64,000 bases of DNA from Laetmonice hystrix. Lineage: Eukaryota. Below the pieces are notes generated by a model that was not told the DNA's origin, ran no database searches, and saw nothing but the letters and a program-made list of their open reading frames with translations. Shown here piece by piece: positions 36,869 to 49,999 of this stretch. The translations under genes and the position numbers were made by a program. The DNA lies in the NCBI GenBank assembly GCA_965235115.1, contig OZ249436.1:3038001-3102000 (forward strand), in the 5' to 3' direction. Within the stretch, counting starts at the first letter, position 1, and every line of letters begins with the position of its first letter.

Positions 36869-39800
36869 GTATGTGATACGGTCAACTCAAAGCCAGGTTT
36901 GGGTATGAAATCTTCTGCATGGTTTATTAAGCAGGACACGTTTGAAAAATATGGACTGCAGTTAGCATTTTACTTAAGGTTCATTTCATTTACCTGTTTA
37001 TTGACACAGGTCTATAGTTTACATATATTTTAAAATTTATTTATTGATTTATTTATTAACTTCATTTTAAAATATATCTTCTTGTAGAGTTTGGTAAGTC
37101 TTTTTTACATGATATCAGACTTTTCTAATTGGGTAGCAATTCATGTGTACATATTGTAATTTGTATGTCCAAAATTCTGGTGTGAAAAACATAAATAGAA
37201 CATATGATAGAAGCATTTGAAATAGTTCTATACACGTCTGTAGGGACTACAAGTTAAGTACAACACTAAGTAGACAGCACGCAGTCACAATGTAACAACA
37301 CATTGACTTGCCAAATAGTTTTGACCATAATGGCACAATAATCATGTCGTACGCAGTCTGACAGCTGGAAAGTGGAATGTACTGCCATAGTGTGAATTAT
37401 GATACAGCGTGTTCGAGAAGGCCAGACATCGCATAATAATTTACCGGTATATATATTTAAATATTTTTCATAAAATTGTAATATTTGATACAATACTGTG
37501 TGTAGACAGGATAGGTACAGTTTGAATGGGAAATTGCAATAAGCAGGGGGACCACAGCACAAGAAAAACAGGGAAAACACAGCAGGGAATGTGTAAAAAT
37601 CTTCAAACCTCATGGAAAACGCAGGGAATTTGAAAAGGGGAAAAGTCACTCTGAATAACAAGGATACCGGTACTGCGGTAGTATACAGTATTAGTTGTTT
37701 TGATAAAAATAATGGCTCCAGACATACATGTATTGTACATGTCAGTTGTCGAGTCTAGGGAAGGCATTGATGACCCAGCCAAGCCTGACACTTTAGCAGT
37801 ACGTAGATTAACTTACTGGCATCAAGTACAGCTGGGATCCAGCCATCAAAAAATATCCTCTCCATGTCATTCGTACTTTTGTCTGCAGGCCTTGTCCTAT
37901 CTTCCAGTCTACTGCTCTCAGAATGTAAAACCTCAGACATTTTACATCTGTTGGTGAAATTTTACATCTGTTGGTGGAAGAAATCAGAAGAAAAGATTGA
38001 TATTTGAGTCCTCTCACCTCAGGCCGGAGAGCTAACCTTGGTAGAGCTTCCCTGGTGCGGGTAGCCAGAAGATGAGAGCTAGCGGAGATTAGCCTGAGTC
38101 TATTGGCGATTTCCAAACAATTAACACATTAGTACTAATAGTAGTATCTATTCTAAAGGATACTGTTCCAGTTTTAAAGTCTTTCAAATCATTTACGTTC
38201 ATACTTAATGGGGGTTCATGAAGAAAGGTATGTAAGTGAAAATTAGATTTAAAATTATAAATTTTAAACCTTATTGAAAGAAATCTCCATTTATAATAGA
38301 AATGTCATGAATGTCCCTCAGAATACAACTTACCTGAATTGTCAGTCTGAAAAGATGAAAAGATGCCCAAGAATCCAGGAAAGCCCTGCACTGATCATGT
38401 GATGCTAATAGCACTACTATTGTGTCTAGTCTGGTAAGAGGATTCCCCCTTTTTGTTCCGAACACGGAAGGTTAGCACAGCTGTGGATGGACTTGGTGCT
38501 TGTTGTATGGGGCGACAATGTTCAGCAAAGGTTGTACGCCATGCAATCAATGCAACAGGACGCCTTCTACTAGACCCAGCCAGCTGATGCTAGCCGGGTC
38601 GGCTGCCAAACCTGCACCATCCCTCCAGCTGGTCAAATCAGCCCGATAAACTAAGCCAAAGGCATTGTACACAGGTTCGACAAGGACGTACATTCAAGGT
38701 CATGAAGGCCTCTTCAACAAATTTGCAGCCTTGCAGGATAAATGGAAAATCTTTCATCTTCATTGCGGGTCAGTTGGGGATGTGTTGGTAGGGACCGGGT
38801 TAAGTACTTGGCCAGCCGGCTGTTACTGACCGATGTAAGGTGGTTCAAAAAGGACTAAACAAACACAGTACCATCTGCAGGTTGGCAGACCAGGCAGAAA
38901 CTGACCCTGTGTGCCTGCTAGGCCAGCCATTCTAACCGGAACAAAGAAAACACTGGCTCCTCAGTATAATGATACCTTGGGATCCTTTAGTGGGAGACAA
39001 AGCATACACAGTTAACTACTATACTTCATGAACTTAAGAAATCAGATGAGGTAATCTAGGTGATTTGAAGAAGCATTGTCATAGAACCTGCTGCTGTTCC
39101 TGTTCCTTCCCCTGCTCCTTCTGCAGCTGCTGCCATTATTTTGAAAGAGGGTTGACCCTCTGCAGCCTCTGTCATCAAGACGACAGAACAGTGAAGAATA
39201 GATTTAATATTTATAAGGAGCGAAGACTGAAGATCATCTTCAACCTTGCAATGCGCCAGTGGACTCTTGGATGTACCATTAAATAAAACAGCAAAGGTAC
39301 GTGTTTCAAGGATAAACTACAAGGTCATTGACAATCTTTCTGTGTTTCTTATCGTTTCTTGATAAACTGTTTTCCCCCAGGGTATTAGTCATATTAAACA
39401 AGTTTCTGTTGATTTCTGTCAGACATTGTATACGTTTGGCATGCGTTTCGTTCAGTAATCCTCACAAAACATTGAACCCACCCTTCCATTGGGCATGTTT
39501 GAAGTTTTATTATTCACCTCAGCAGTAGGGATATATGGCATGGCTCTGTCCCTTCCCCAGGGATGGACAGCCGTGACCAAGACCTGGATGGTCAGGAGAG
39601 AGTTGGAGTCACTCCCTACCTGGGTATGTAAGTGCCCATCACTCGGCCTTTCATAATACCGACACAGAGCAGCCAGTGCCATATAGACATGGCCTTGGAG
39701 ATTGTCTGCAGGGCAGCTGGGCCAGCAATCAATCCACCATCAGAGACTTAGTCTGGTCCGTATATACAAGATCAATCGCTTGGCTTCAGTCACAGTCAAT

Positions 39801-40206
39801 CGTGGCCAATCTTACATCACTCTGTGTCGCTTGTCTGTGCGTTTGGTGCTGAGATTCTTGTGTGGAACAAAAGCAACCTTCGCCTGGAAAATATGCAGGA
39901 TTTACTGGAGGCCTGATTTGGAGGGAGGCCTCACCCTCTTATTTTTTTATTTTTTTATTTTTTGTTGGGGGGGGGGGGGGGCTAATAACACCCCCCCCCC
40001 CCGATAAACAGCGGAGATCATAAGAACAATGGTCAAACTTTTTTTAACCGGCAGGCAGAGGGATATTATGTAGTTAGTGTCCTTGATATAACCTTGTGAT
40101 GTGATATTATACACGGAGTAGAAGGAATGTCAGCCTTCTGGCTTCATCTCCACCATTCCTACCCAGCTGCTGGCTCAGGAGTGACATTCTGTCGCTAGGC
40201 AGCTGG

Positions 40207-41328
40207 CTGAGTCCTAGCATTGGGCAGTGATGCCATGAAAGGGTTGCTAAGCATCTGTCTGAGTCCTTAAAAAATGGGAGGTATTGTTGAACGCGTCACA
40301 TATCTAAGCTTCTGTATATAGTATTAAGGCAAGGCCCTTGTATGTTGTGTCGTGTATGTACATGTAAACATGTTTTGTCTTAATTGTAGTGCTGTTATCT
40401 TGTCATCATGTATCATGTCACGTGCATGTATGTCGTGTCTTCGTCCTGTTTTGTAAGTACTTTATGTGAAAAATAAAAAATTTAATAAAAAAAAAAAAAA
40501 AAAAAAAAATCTGTCTGAGTCCTAGCATTGGGCAGTGACGCCATGAAAGGGTTGCTAAGCATCTGGTTGAGTCCAGCATTAGGCAGTGACGCCATGAAAG
40601 GGTTGCTAAGCATCTGGTTGAGTCCAGCATTGGGCAGTGACGCCATGAAAGGGTTGCTAAGCATCTGTCTGAGTCCTAGCATTGGGCAGTGACGCCATGA
40701 AAGGGTTGCTAAGCATCTGGTTGAGTCCAGCATTGGGCAGTGACGCCATGAAAGGGTTGCTAAGCATCTGGTTGTGTCCAGCATTGGGCAGTGACGCCAT
40801 GAAAGGGTTGCTAAGCATCTGGTTGAGTCCAGCATTGGGCAGTGACGCCATGAAAGGGTTGCTAAGCATCTGGTTGAGTCCAACATTAGGCAGTGACGCC
40901 ATGAAAGGGTTGCTAAGCATCTGGTTGAGTCCAACATTAGGCAGTGACGCCATGAAAGGGTTGCTAAGCATCTGGTTGAGTCCAACATTAGGCAGTGACG
41001 CCATGAAAGGGTTGCTAAGCATCTGGTTGAGTCCAACATTAGGCAGTGACGCCATGAAAGGGTTGCTAAGCATCTGGTTGAGTCCAGCATTGGGCAGTGA
41101 CGCCATGAAAGGGTTGGTAAGCATCTGGTTGAGTCCAACATTAGGCAGTGACGCCATGAAAGGGTTGCTAAGCATCTGGTTGAGTCCAACATTGGGCAGT
41201 GACGCCATGAAAGGGTTGGTAAGCATCTGGTTGAGTCCAACATTAGGCAGTGACGCCATGAAAGGGTTGCTAAGCATCTGGTTGAGTCCAGCATTGGGCA
41301 GTGACGCCATGAAAGGGTTGCTAAGCAT
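40207..41328. repeat. 51-bp tandem array x~17, interrupted by a retro-insertion
   Basis: GCATTGGGCAGTGACGCCATGAAAGGGTTGCTAAGCATCTGGTTGAGTCCA; explains ORFs 40482..41482. Confidence 0.97.
40268..40509 (+). mobile_element. 5'-truncated poly(A)-tailed retro-insertion (L1/Tx1-like 3' end) with 14-bp TSD
   Basis: AATAAA at 40472 and 40484; A23 at 40487-40509; TSD TCTGTCTGAGTCCT at 40254-40267 and 40510-40523; begins KKWEVLLNASHI*, resembling an ORF2 C-terminus. Confidence 0.85.
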
Positions 41329-41402
41329 TGGTCTGATTCCTAACCTTCTGCTGGCTCAGGAGTGTCGCCCTCTCCCAGCCTTAGGATGGGCACAGATTAT
41401 CA

Positions 41403-41628
41403 CTGGGGGATCCAGGGGGCCCGGGCCCCCCTTAGATTTTCTTTCCTTTCTTAGTGAAGATGTTATGACTATATTTGAATAATATATATTATTTGAATAA
41501 AATAAAACATTTAGAAGTGTATTAATAGCAATTATTTCGTGTGTGTGCAATGCAGGCACAATCAAATAAAAAAAATCAGAATTTTGTTTCTGGTGGGCCC
41601 TCCTTATCAAAATCTTGGAATCCCCCAG
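41403..41628. mobile_element. Possible MITE with imperfect TIR
   Basis: CTGGGGGATCCAGG on the left vs CTTGGAATCCCCCAG on the right; no clean TSD. Confidence 0.35.
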
Positions 41629-42931
41629 AGATTATACATGAATAGAGGGGAGTATAGGCACTGTCAGAAGTGGGGGATAGTAGAGGAGGCACGCAACGTC
41701 AAGGCTGGAGTAGCTTCACTCCAATAGCGCCGCCAGCATTTTCCTCTGCTAGAAGTTATTGATTGCAAAATGTATGCTTAATTAGACGTGCACGTCGCCA
41801 GAGAGAGTCCTTTGGTGGTGGGTCGAGTGCCCCAGACACCTCCGGCGAGTCAAAGCTCGCCAGGCAGAATGGAGGCATTAAATCAAAAATAAAAGGAAGG
41901 GATTCCTCGCTGTTAATGCCAGTAATGTCATAACGACAGAGCAGGACTAGTCCGACTACACATGGCAAGATCGAAGTTGAATGACAGAATTCTGACGCTA
42001 AAAATCCGGCCTTATGGGCATCCGTAGACGCAGCTATATATAGTATTCGTCTGAAGAGAAACCGATAAGATTCAACTCAAGTTGGGAACACCCTTTTGGA
42101 AGTGGACGTTTTACTCCTCACCTCTTAGGAAATTGATAAGACTGAGCACTGGAGACAGCCATCGGAGATGACTGATGGCCATCATTGAATTCATCAGTCA
42201 AAAAAGTGGCTCATATATCTGACGAATAAATCGAAGTCATGACCGTTTCAATATGGCAGACCGGTTAGACCTAATGACATCGAGTTGACACCTGTATACC
42301 TGTCAATGGTGACACAGGTGAGGTATCGCCAATATCTGAGGTGGGCCCAATGGGCCATCGTACTTGTTTCACCAGAATAAAATGAGCAGGGATTTATTGG
42401 TCACACTGAATATTTTCAGTTCCCGATGTGCTACTAACAAAGTATCCTCATTCACTTTCAAACATGGTCGGAAATTATGCATGGTACTTAAAATAACGGT
42501 TATTCATGAAAGTTGATTTATTAAAACATGGGAAACTTAAATATTAATGATGAATAACATTAATATATATAACCCGGACTGGTTGTTACAAAAGGCGGGA
42601 GCTGTTGCTGAAACGCCAGTTATACACAAAGGTACTGTTGGTGGTAGTCTGGCAACGAGGCAGTCTGTGGGGGCCATTGTTACCGTCCCCCCGTCCATCA
42701 GAGTGTGAGGTTCAATAGGAATTGCATAAGAGTCGCTGGTTAATAACGATCGCATTGGCCAGAGGCCTTCCATTCACAGCCAGGTCAATTTAACCTTAGT
42801 AGACAGACCCCTGGCGTCCTGCTCTGGACATAGTGGTTCCGACATAGTGACCACTTCAGAGTAACCGTAGCCAGGGTGAGTTCCCACGTCTGGGCAGAAA
42901 CCGGGCGCCTTCTGAACGTGGTTGTGATCAA

Positions 42932-43067
42932 GGCATTATGGCTCACAGTGACTGCAGGCGGCGGTGGGAGAGATTAAGGCATTATGGCTCACAGTGACTG
43001 AAGGCGGCGGTGGGAGAGATTAAGGCATTATGGCTCACAGTGACTGAAGGCGGCGGTGGGAGAGATT
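42932..43067. repeat. 46-bp tandem array x3
   Basis: AAGGCATTATGGCTCACAGTGACTGAAGGCGGCGGTGGGAGAGATT. Confidence 0.93.
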
Positions 43068-43324
43068 ACGAGATGATCTGATAGCATCTGGGGCCGGGGA
43101 TTAGGTCAGGGTGAAAGGGGTTGGTGGATGGCGCCGGCCGCTCAGTACATCCATCATCTTACTAGTATCTAGACATCAGGGTGCCGGGGTTAGGCGGTGT
43201 CCCCCCTGGTATGGCCCAGTGGAGGCCGGGCCTTTGATACTAAAGTCGACCCCACACGTGGGGAAGTCAACCCAAACCACTGTTTATTCAATCAGGACAG
43301 AAATCTTCAACTGACTTTATTGAC

Positions 43325-44286
43325 AGTGCAGCGCCATTCATTGCCAGTCTGGATGTGATCGCTGCTCATGTCTGTGTCTGCCAGTGCAGTGTCATTCATT
43401 GCCAGTCTGGATGTGGTCTGCTCATGTCTGTGTCAGCCAGTGCAGTGCCATTCATTGCCAGTCTGGATGTGGTCTGCTCATGTCTGTGTCAGCCAGTGCA
43501 GTGCCATTCATTGCCAGTCTGGATGTGATCGCTGCTCATGTCTGTGTCAGCCAGTGCAGTGCCATTCATTGCCAGTCTGGATGTGATCGCCGCTCATGTC
43601 TGTGTCTGCCAGTGCAGTGCCATTCATTGCCAGTCTGGATGTGATCGCTGCCCATGTCTGTGTCTGCCAGTGCAGTGCCATTCATTGCCAGTCTGGATGT
43701 GATCGCTGCTCATGTCTGTGTCCGCCAGTGCAGTGCCATTCATTGCCAGTCTAGATGTGATCGCTGCTCATGTCTGTGTCAGCCAGTGCAGTGCCATTCA
43801 TTGCCAGTCTGGATGTGATTGCTGCCCATGTCTTGTGTCCACCAGTGCAGTGCCATTCATTGCCAGTCTAGATGTGGTCTGCTCATGTCTGTGTCTGCCA
43901 GTGCAGTGCCATTCATTGCCAGTCTGGATGTGATCGCTGCCCATGTCTTGTGTCCGCCAGTGCAGTGCCATTCATTGCCAGTCTGGATGTGGTCTGCTCA
44001 TGTCTGTGTCAGCCAGTGCAGTGCCATTCATTGCCAGTCTGGATGTGATCGCTGCCCATGTCTGTGTCTGCCAGTGCAGTGCCATTCATTGCCAGTCTGG
44101 ATGTGATCGCTGCCCATGTCTTGTGTCCGCCAGTGCAGTGCCATTCATTGCCAGTCTAGATGTGGTCTGCTCATGTCTGTGTCTGCCAGTGCAGTGCCAT
44201 TCATTGCCAGTCTGGATGTGATCGCTGCCCATGTCTTGTGTCCGCCAGTGCAGTGCCATTCATTGCCAGTCTGGATGTGATCGCTG
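43325..44286. repeat. 55-59-bp tandem array x~17
   Basis: GCCAGTGCAGTGCCATTCATTGCCAGTCTGGATGTGATCGCTGCTCATGTCTGTGTCT with several unit variants. Confidence 0.96.
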
Positions 44287-44872
44287 GTCCTGTCTGCCGA
44301 TCTGCTGGGCACAGAGGCGGGTGATATTGCTCAGACATGTTTGATACTCTCGGCGTCGCCTCGGTCTGACTCTCTCAACACGGCTGATATCCCACCAAGA
44401 CTACAAGGTCCTCAAGGGGCGTTCCCTGAATGTCTATAAATAGCTGCGTACAGATCCTTTAAACTATAAAGTGATAGTGGGTACGGAATCCGGGGAAATT
44501 TTGCACCTGTGAAGGGAGTGACTGCAGCTGGAAGCCGGCTGGGTCCAAACACTAAAACCTCCACCTTTAGTAACAAGTCACGGTAATGGGCTGTCTCTCC
44601 TCCCTTCCTGTCACATCTCCAGTCCAGATGGCAGAAAGATGGATAGACCTCACCTCGCTACACGTGAGGAGGCCAATATGCCATTGATGCCCCCCCCCCC
44701 CAAAAAAAAAGATTGTTCAGCAAGGCCGACTTCCATATGGCAGGTGGCGGTGAGATTAGTGAACTGCTGATGGTAAGGAATCTCGAGGTAGACTTATATT
44801 ATTACACCCAGGGATTAGAACACCCATCTGAGCCAACTGGCTGCCAAGGTTGTAACTCTTTAATAATGTGAC

Positions 44873-45025
44873 AGAAAACAATCCAAGGTTGTAATTCGTT
44901 AATAATGTGACAGTTATCTAGAAAACAATCCAAGGTTGTAACTTGTAACTCGTTAATAATGTGACAGTTAGAAAACAATCCAAGGTTGTAACTCGTTAAT
45001 AATGTGACAGTTAGAAAACAATCCG
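44873..45025. repeat. ~43-bp tandem array x3
   Basis: AGAAAACAATCCAAGGTTGTAACTCGTTAATAATGTGACAGTT. Confidence 0.9.
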
Positions 45026-45356
45026 TGATTCTGCAGCAGGGTTGCGTGAACCGCGGATTTTACACTTGATGTGTGCGTGACGGTTAAACTTGGGGAGTAA
45101 TTGCCTTCCATTTGATTTAGTTTGGTTTCCTGGGTGATTCAAATTATTGACAGTCCCTGTAGGAAAGTTGACACGTGTGTTATAGCCGACCTACCTTCTA
45201 TGATAACAGTTTCTATTTAAACTTCCTTTGGTCCGCAATTTGAGTATTCTCGTGGTTTGTTCAGTCTAACTGCATAGAAACATTTGTCACCATGAGAGCC
45301 AAGAATATTGTGGTGTTTGTATATGTTTTGAGGATATTCTGGAAACTGTATAGGAA

Positions 45357-46787
45357 GTGAGATTTTATTGATGTCCCCAGGAAGGCAATGGAAGCTGTGT
45401 ATGGAGGGATATTTCATTGATGTCCCAAGGAAGGCAATGGAAGCTGTGTAGGAGGGAGATTTCATTGATGTCCCTGGGAAGGCAATGGAAGCTGTGTAGG
45501 AGGGAGATTTCATTGATGTCTCAGGAAGGCAATGGAAGCTGTGTATGGAGGGAGATTTCATTGATGTCTCCAGGAAGGCAATGGAAGCTGTGTATGGAGG
45601 GAGATTTCATTGATGTCCCCGGGAAGGCAATGGAAGCTGTGTATGGAGGGAGATTTCATTGATGTCCCCAGGAAGGCAGTGGAAGCTGTGTAGGGAGGGA
45701 GATTTCATTGATGTCCCAAGGAAGGCAATGGAAGCTGTGTAGGAGGGAGATTTCATTGATGTCCACAGGAAGGCAATGGAAGCTGTGTATGGAGGGAGGG
45801 AGATTTTATTGATGTCTCCAGGAAGGCAATGGATGCTGTGTATGGAGGGAGATTTCATTGATGTCTCCAGGAAGGCAGTGGAAGCTGTGTATGGAGGGAG
45901 ATTTCATTGATGTCCCCAGGAAGGCAGTGGAAGCTGTGTATGGAGGGAGATTTCATTGATGTCCCCAGGAAGGCAATGGAAGCTGTGTATGGAGGGAGAT
46001 TTCATTGATGTCCCCAGGAAGGCAATGGAAGCTGTGTATGGAGGGAGATTTCATTGATGTCTCCAGGAAGGCAATGGAAGCTGTGTAGGAGGGAGATTTC
46101 ATTGATGTCTCCAGGAAGGCAATGGAAGCTGTGTAGGAGGGAGATTTCATTAATGTCCCCAGGAAGGCAATGGAAGCTGTGTAGGAGGGAGATTTCATTG
46201 ATGTCCCCGGGAAGGCAATGGAAGCTGTGTATGGAGGGAGATTTCATTGATGTCCCCGGGAAGGCAATGGAAGCTGTGTATGGAGGGAGATTTCATTGAT
46301 GTCCCCAGGAAGGCAATGGAAGCTGTGTAGGGAGGGAGATTTCATTGATGTCCCCAGGAAGGCAATGGAAGCTGTGTATGGAGGGAGATTTCATTGATGT
46401 CCCCAGGAAGGCAGTGGAAGCTGTGTATGGAGGGAGATTTCATTGATGTCCCCAGGAAGGCAATGGAAGCTGTGTATGGAGGGAGATTTCATTGATGTCC
46501 CCAGGAAGGCAATGGAAGCTGTGTATGGAGGGAGATTTCATTGATGTCTCCAGGAAGGCAATGGAAGCTGTGTATGGAGGGAGATTTCATTGATGTCCCC
46601 GGGAAGGCAATGGAAGCTGTGTATGGAGGGAGATTTCATTGATGTCTCCAGGAAGGCAATGGAAGCTGTGTAGGAGGGAGATTTCATTGATGTCCCCAGG
46701 AAGGCAATGGAAGCTGTGTAGGAGGGAGATTTCATTGATGTCCCCAGGAAGGCAATGGAAGCTGTGTAGGAAGGGAGATTTCATTGA
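45357..46787. repeat. 48/49-bp purine-rich tandem array x~29
   Basis: GGAGGGAGATTTCATTGATGTCCCCAGGAAGGCAATGGAAGCTGTGTAT. Confidence 0.97.
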
Positions 46788-48287
46788 AGCTGTGTCTAGT
46801 ATTTAGGGAGGGCGAATTCATTGATGTCCTCGCCAAGGCAGTGGAGAAGAGCCACTCGTATTAACCACGACTGGCCACCAGAATCAGCCTTGCGATTGGA
46901 CAGACACAGCCAGGTGGCCAGTCAGAATGTCAAGGGGGAGGGGGCCACTCCCGTACCTGGAGACCCGCTGCTCACCTGGAATGGCGCATGCTGGTCTTCA
47001 TAAAAAGTTTGAAAAGTCAAAGACTGGGAGACATGGTGATGGCGTCTCAGATGAATAGGGCCGTGTGGGTGTGATGTTCTGAGTTAGAATTCCTGGCAGG
47101 CAGGTTGTCCCGGATCCTGGAGCCGATGACAGATGCTACGTGGGCGGATTCTCATCGACCCTGGCCATGACATAAGGAGGTGGAGATCAGGTATCACTGC
47201 TCGCAATCAGGTCCCAGCTGTGGTAGAAGAGTTCCCATCATTTCTGGGTTACTGCTTGGTTGGTTGTAGACGATTGAACCAAGATGGGAATAAATGGTAA
47301 CGACCATTTGCTGCGATAATCAGGGTGACAACAGCACAAGGAAAACACAGGGAATTTGTAAAGAAAAATCCAAAACACAGGGAAGGAATTTTGACAACCA
47401 GAAAGAAATTAGGCAATTGCTCTCAGACATCTGGTTGATGGATGAAATGGACGGTTGCCCGGGGGCCATATTTGATGAAAACATCAATTAGCAGTCATAC
47501 CGGATAACAGGGAAAATTTATCATGGGGCAGGGAAACCCCAGGAAATTTAAAAATCGAGACATTTTTCTCCCAAGCTTTGCTCCTATCCCTGGTCTCTAC
47601 AGGCTTCAGTTTGATGGGAAGTTTAGCATGGGGAACTAGGTAACCACTAATAAGAGGGTGAGGGTACATGGCTGAGTGATCGCTCAGCACCTAACGATAA
47701 TTATCAGGTTAGAAAATGTTGGAGGGACGGAGGGAGGTGGTGGAGAGGCCGAAATTGATGTGTAGTTTTTTCCTCCAAGATCTGCGGCTGTTAAACCTTT
47801 CAGCGGCGTATCGTAGTCTCATCTCCCGATTTACCGACCAACTCCACGATCAGGGAGGATTTGATAGAATTATGGGGGTCAGATAGGAGAAATCACGGTG
47901 GTGGGGCCCGCTGACTTTGATATGATCGGATGTGTTAATCTTTCCCCCCAGGCTGCGAATAGTAAACCTGTCCTATCAGTTCGTGTTGAGAGTCTGGTGC
48001 CCGAGCCTGGTTCCCTGTCTGACCTCCAGGTGGCGTGCTCAATCAAAGATTATAGTCGTTTTAAATCGTCAATTAACTCGAGGAGAAGGATCATTTATTA
48101 TTCTTGTCTGGCGGACAGGTAGGTGGTCTATGTGATTAGTGCGTGAGTGCTGATATATGGGTGGGTTTTATGTGAGCTAGATGGTGGAACCTGCCTGTTG
48201 TGTGAGATCATTGTTGGTATGTGTATGTCAAGGAGTTGTGGCTGTGATGACATACCGAACAGTATGGTGATCAGTTTGAGACATGAG

Positions 48288-48424
48288 TGACGTTTGGCTG
48301 GACCCATGGAAGGAGCTGGACCATCATGACATGATTGACGTTTGGCTGGACCCATGGAAGGAGCTGGACCATCATGACATGATTGACGTTTGGCTGGACC
48401 CATGGAAGGAGCTGGGCCATCATG
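48288..48424. repeat. 48-bp tandem array x~2.8
   Basis: TGACGTTTGGCTGGACCCATGGAAGGAGCTGGACCATCATGACATGAT. Confidence 0.92.
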
Positions 48425-49670
48425 TCTGGTTTATTCATGGCTTTAGCAATGGCCACCCTCCATTATTCATACCATGGCCACCGATAGGATAAAAGTTCAC
48501 GGGGTGAAATTTTAGTGGATGTGCCTAATATTAGTAGTACAGGGAGCTTATTGTTAACACAGGGGTTGAGTTGGGAATATTAATTAATGTCATGTACAAC
48601 AATTATCAGTTTCTATCATCACTCAGTGTGATACAATAACAATATATTCATGTGAAATACATAACATGAAAAATTATACGTTTGAAAAATATGTTGGGAA
48701 AACTGTTGACAAGAAATTAGAGATGGCATGAATAATAAAATGGGAATCTAATTTATTAAATAGGCTAACTCAATATTCAGGTGTTGTGTGGTGTTTTGTA
48801 TGCCATGGGACCCAGTGAGGACTAGGGACGGGATGGGGGGATTTGTTGTATGCCATGGGACCCAGTGAGGACTAAGGACGGGATGGGGGGGATTTGTTGG
48901 AGATGGCTGGGTATTGATCCATCGGGGAGGTATGTTAACTCAAGGACCTCTTCACAGGCGTCAGGACACACAGGGCACAGGTTGGTGCTGCCCAGAGAGT
49001 CGGTCTGCCAACTAATCTGTCAACATCGGCCTCACACACAGCTCCCAGTGAACGGTTGGGTCTCACACACAGCTCCCAGTGAACGGTTGGGTCTCACACA
49101 CAGCTCCCAGTGAACGGTTGGGTCTCACACACAGCTCCTAGTGAACGGTTGGGTCTCACACACAGCTCCCAGTGAACGGTTGGGTCTCACACACAGCTCC
49201 CAGTGAACGGTTGGGTCTCACACACAGCTCCCAGTGAACGGTTGGGTCACACACAGCTCCTAGTGAACGGTTGGGTCTCACACACAGCTCGCAGTGAACG
49301 GTTGGGTCTCACACAGCTCCCAGTGAACGGCTGGGTCTCACACAGCTCCCAGTGAACGGCTGGGTCTCACACAGCTCCCAGTGAACGGCTGGGTCTCACA
49401 CAGCTCCAAGTGAACGGTTGGGTCTCACACACAGCTCCCAGTGAACGGTTGGGTCTCACACACAGCTCCCAGTGAACGGTTGGGTCTCACACACAGCTCC
49501 CAGTGAACGGTTGGGTCTCACACACAGCTCCCAGTGAACGGTTGGGTCTCACACACAGCTCCCAGTGAACGGTTGGGTCTCACAGCTCCTAGTGAACAGT
49601 TGGGTCTCACACACAGCTCCCAGTGAACGGTTGGGTCTCACACACAGCTCCCAGTGAACGGTTGGGTCTC

Positions 49671-49709
49671 ACCAACGAGTATAGAATAATTTATTCTATA
49701 CTCGTTGGT
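49671..49709. other. Perfect 39-bp palindrome insertion, copy 1
   Basis: ACCAACGAGTATAGAATAA-T-TTATTCTATACTCGTTGGT. Confidence 0.95.
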
Positions 49710-49960
49710 CTCACACACAGCTCCCAGTGAACGGTTGGGTCTCACACACAGCTCGCAGTGAACGGTTGGGTCTCACACACAGCTCGCAGTGAACGGTTGG
49801 GTCTCACACACAGCTCCCAGTGAACGGTTGGGTCTCACACACAGCTCCTAGTGAACGGTTGGGTCTCACACACAGCTCCCAGTGAACGGTTGGGTCTCAC
49901 ACACAGCTCCCAGTGAACGGTTGGGTCTCACACACAGCTCCCAGTGAACGGTTGGGTCTC

Positions 49961-49999
49961 ACCAACGAGTATAGAATAATTTATTCTATACTCGTTGGT
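49961..49999. other. Perfect 39-bp palindrome insertion, copy 2 (identical)
   Basis: Same sequence at the same register of the 31-bp unit, 290 bp downstream. Confidence 0.95.

Noticed and set aside
40482-41482. ORFs of 270, 223 and 266 aa
   Set aside because: Translations of the 51-bp array on both strands
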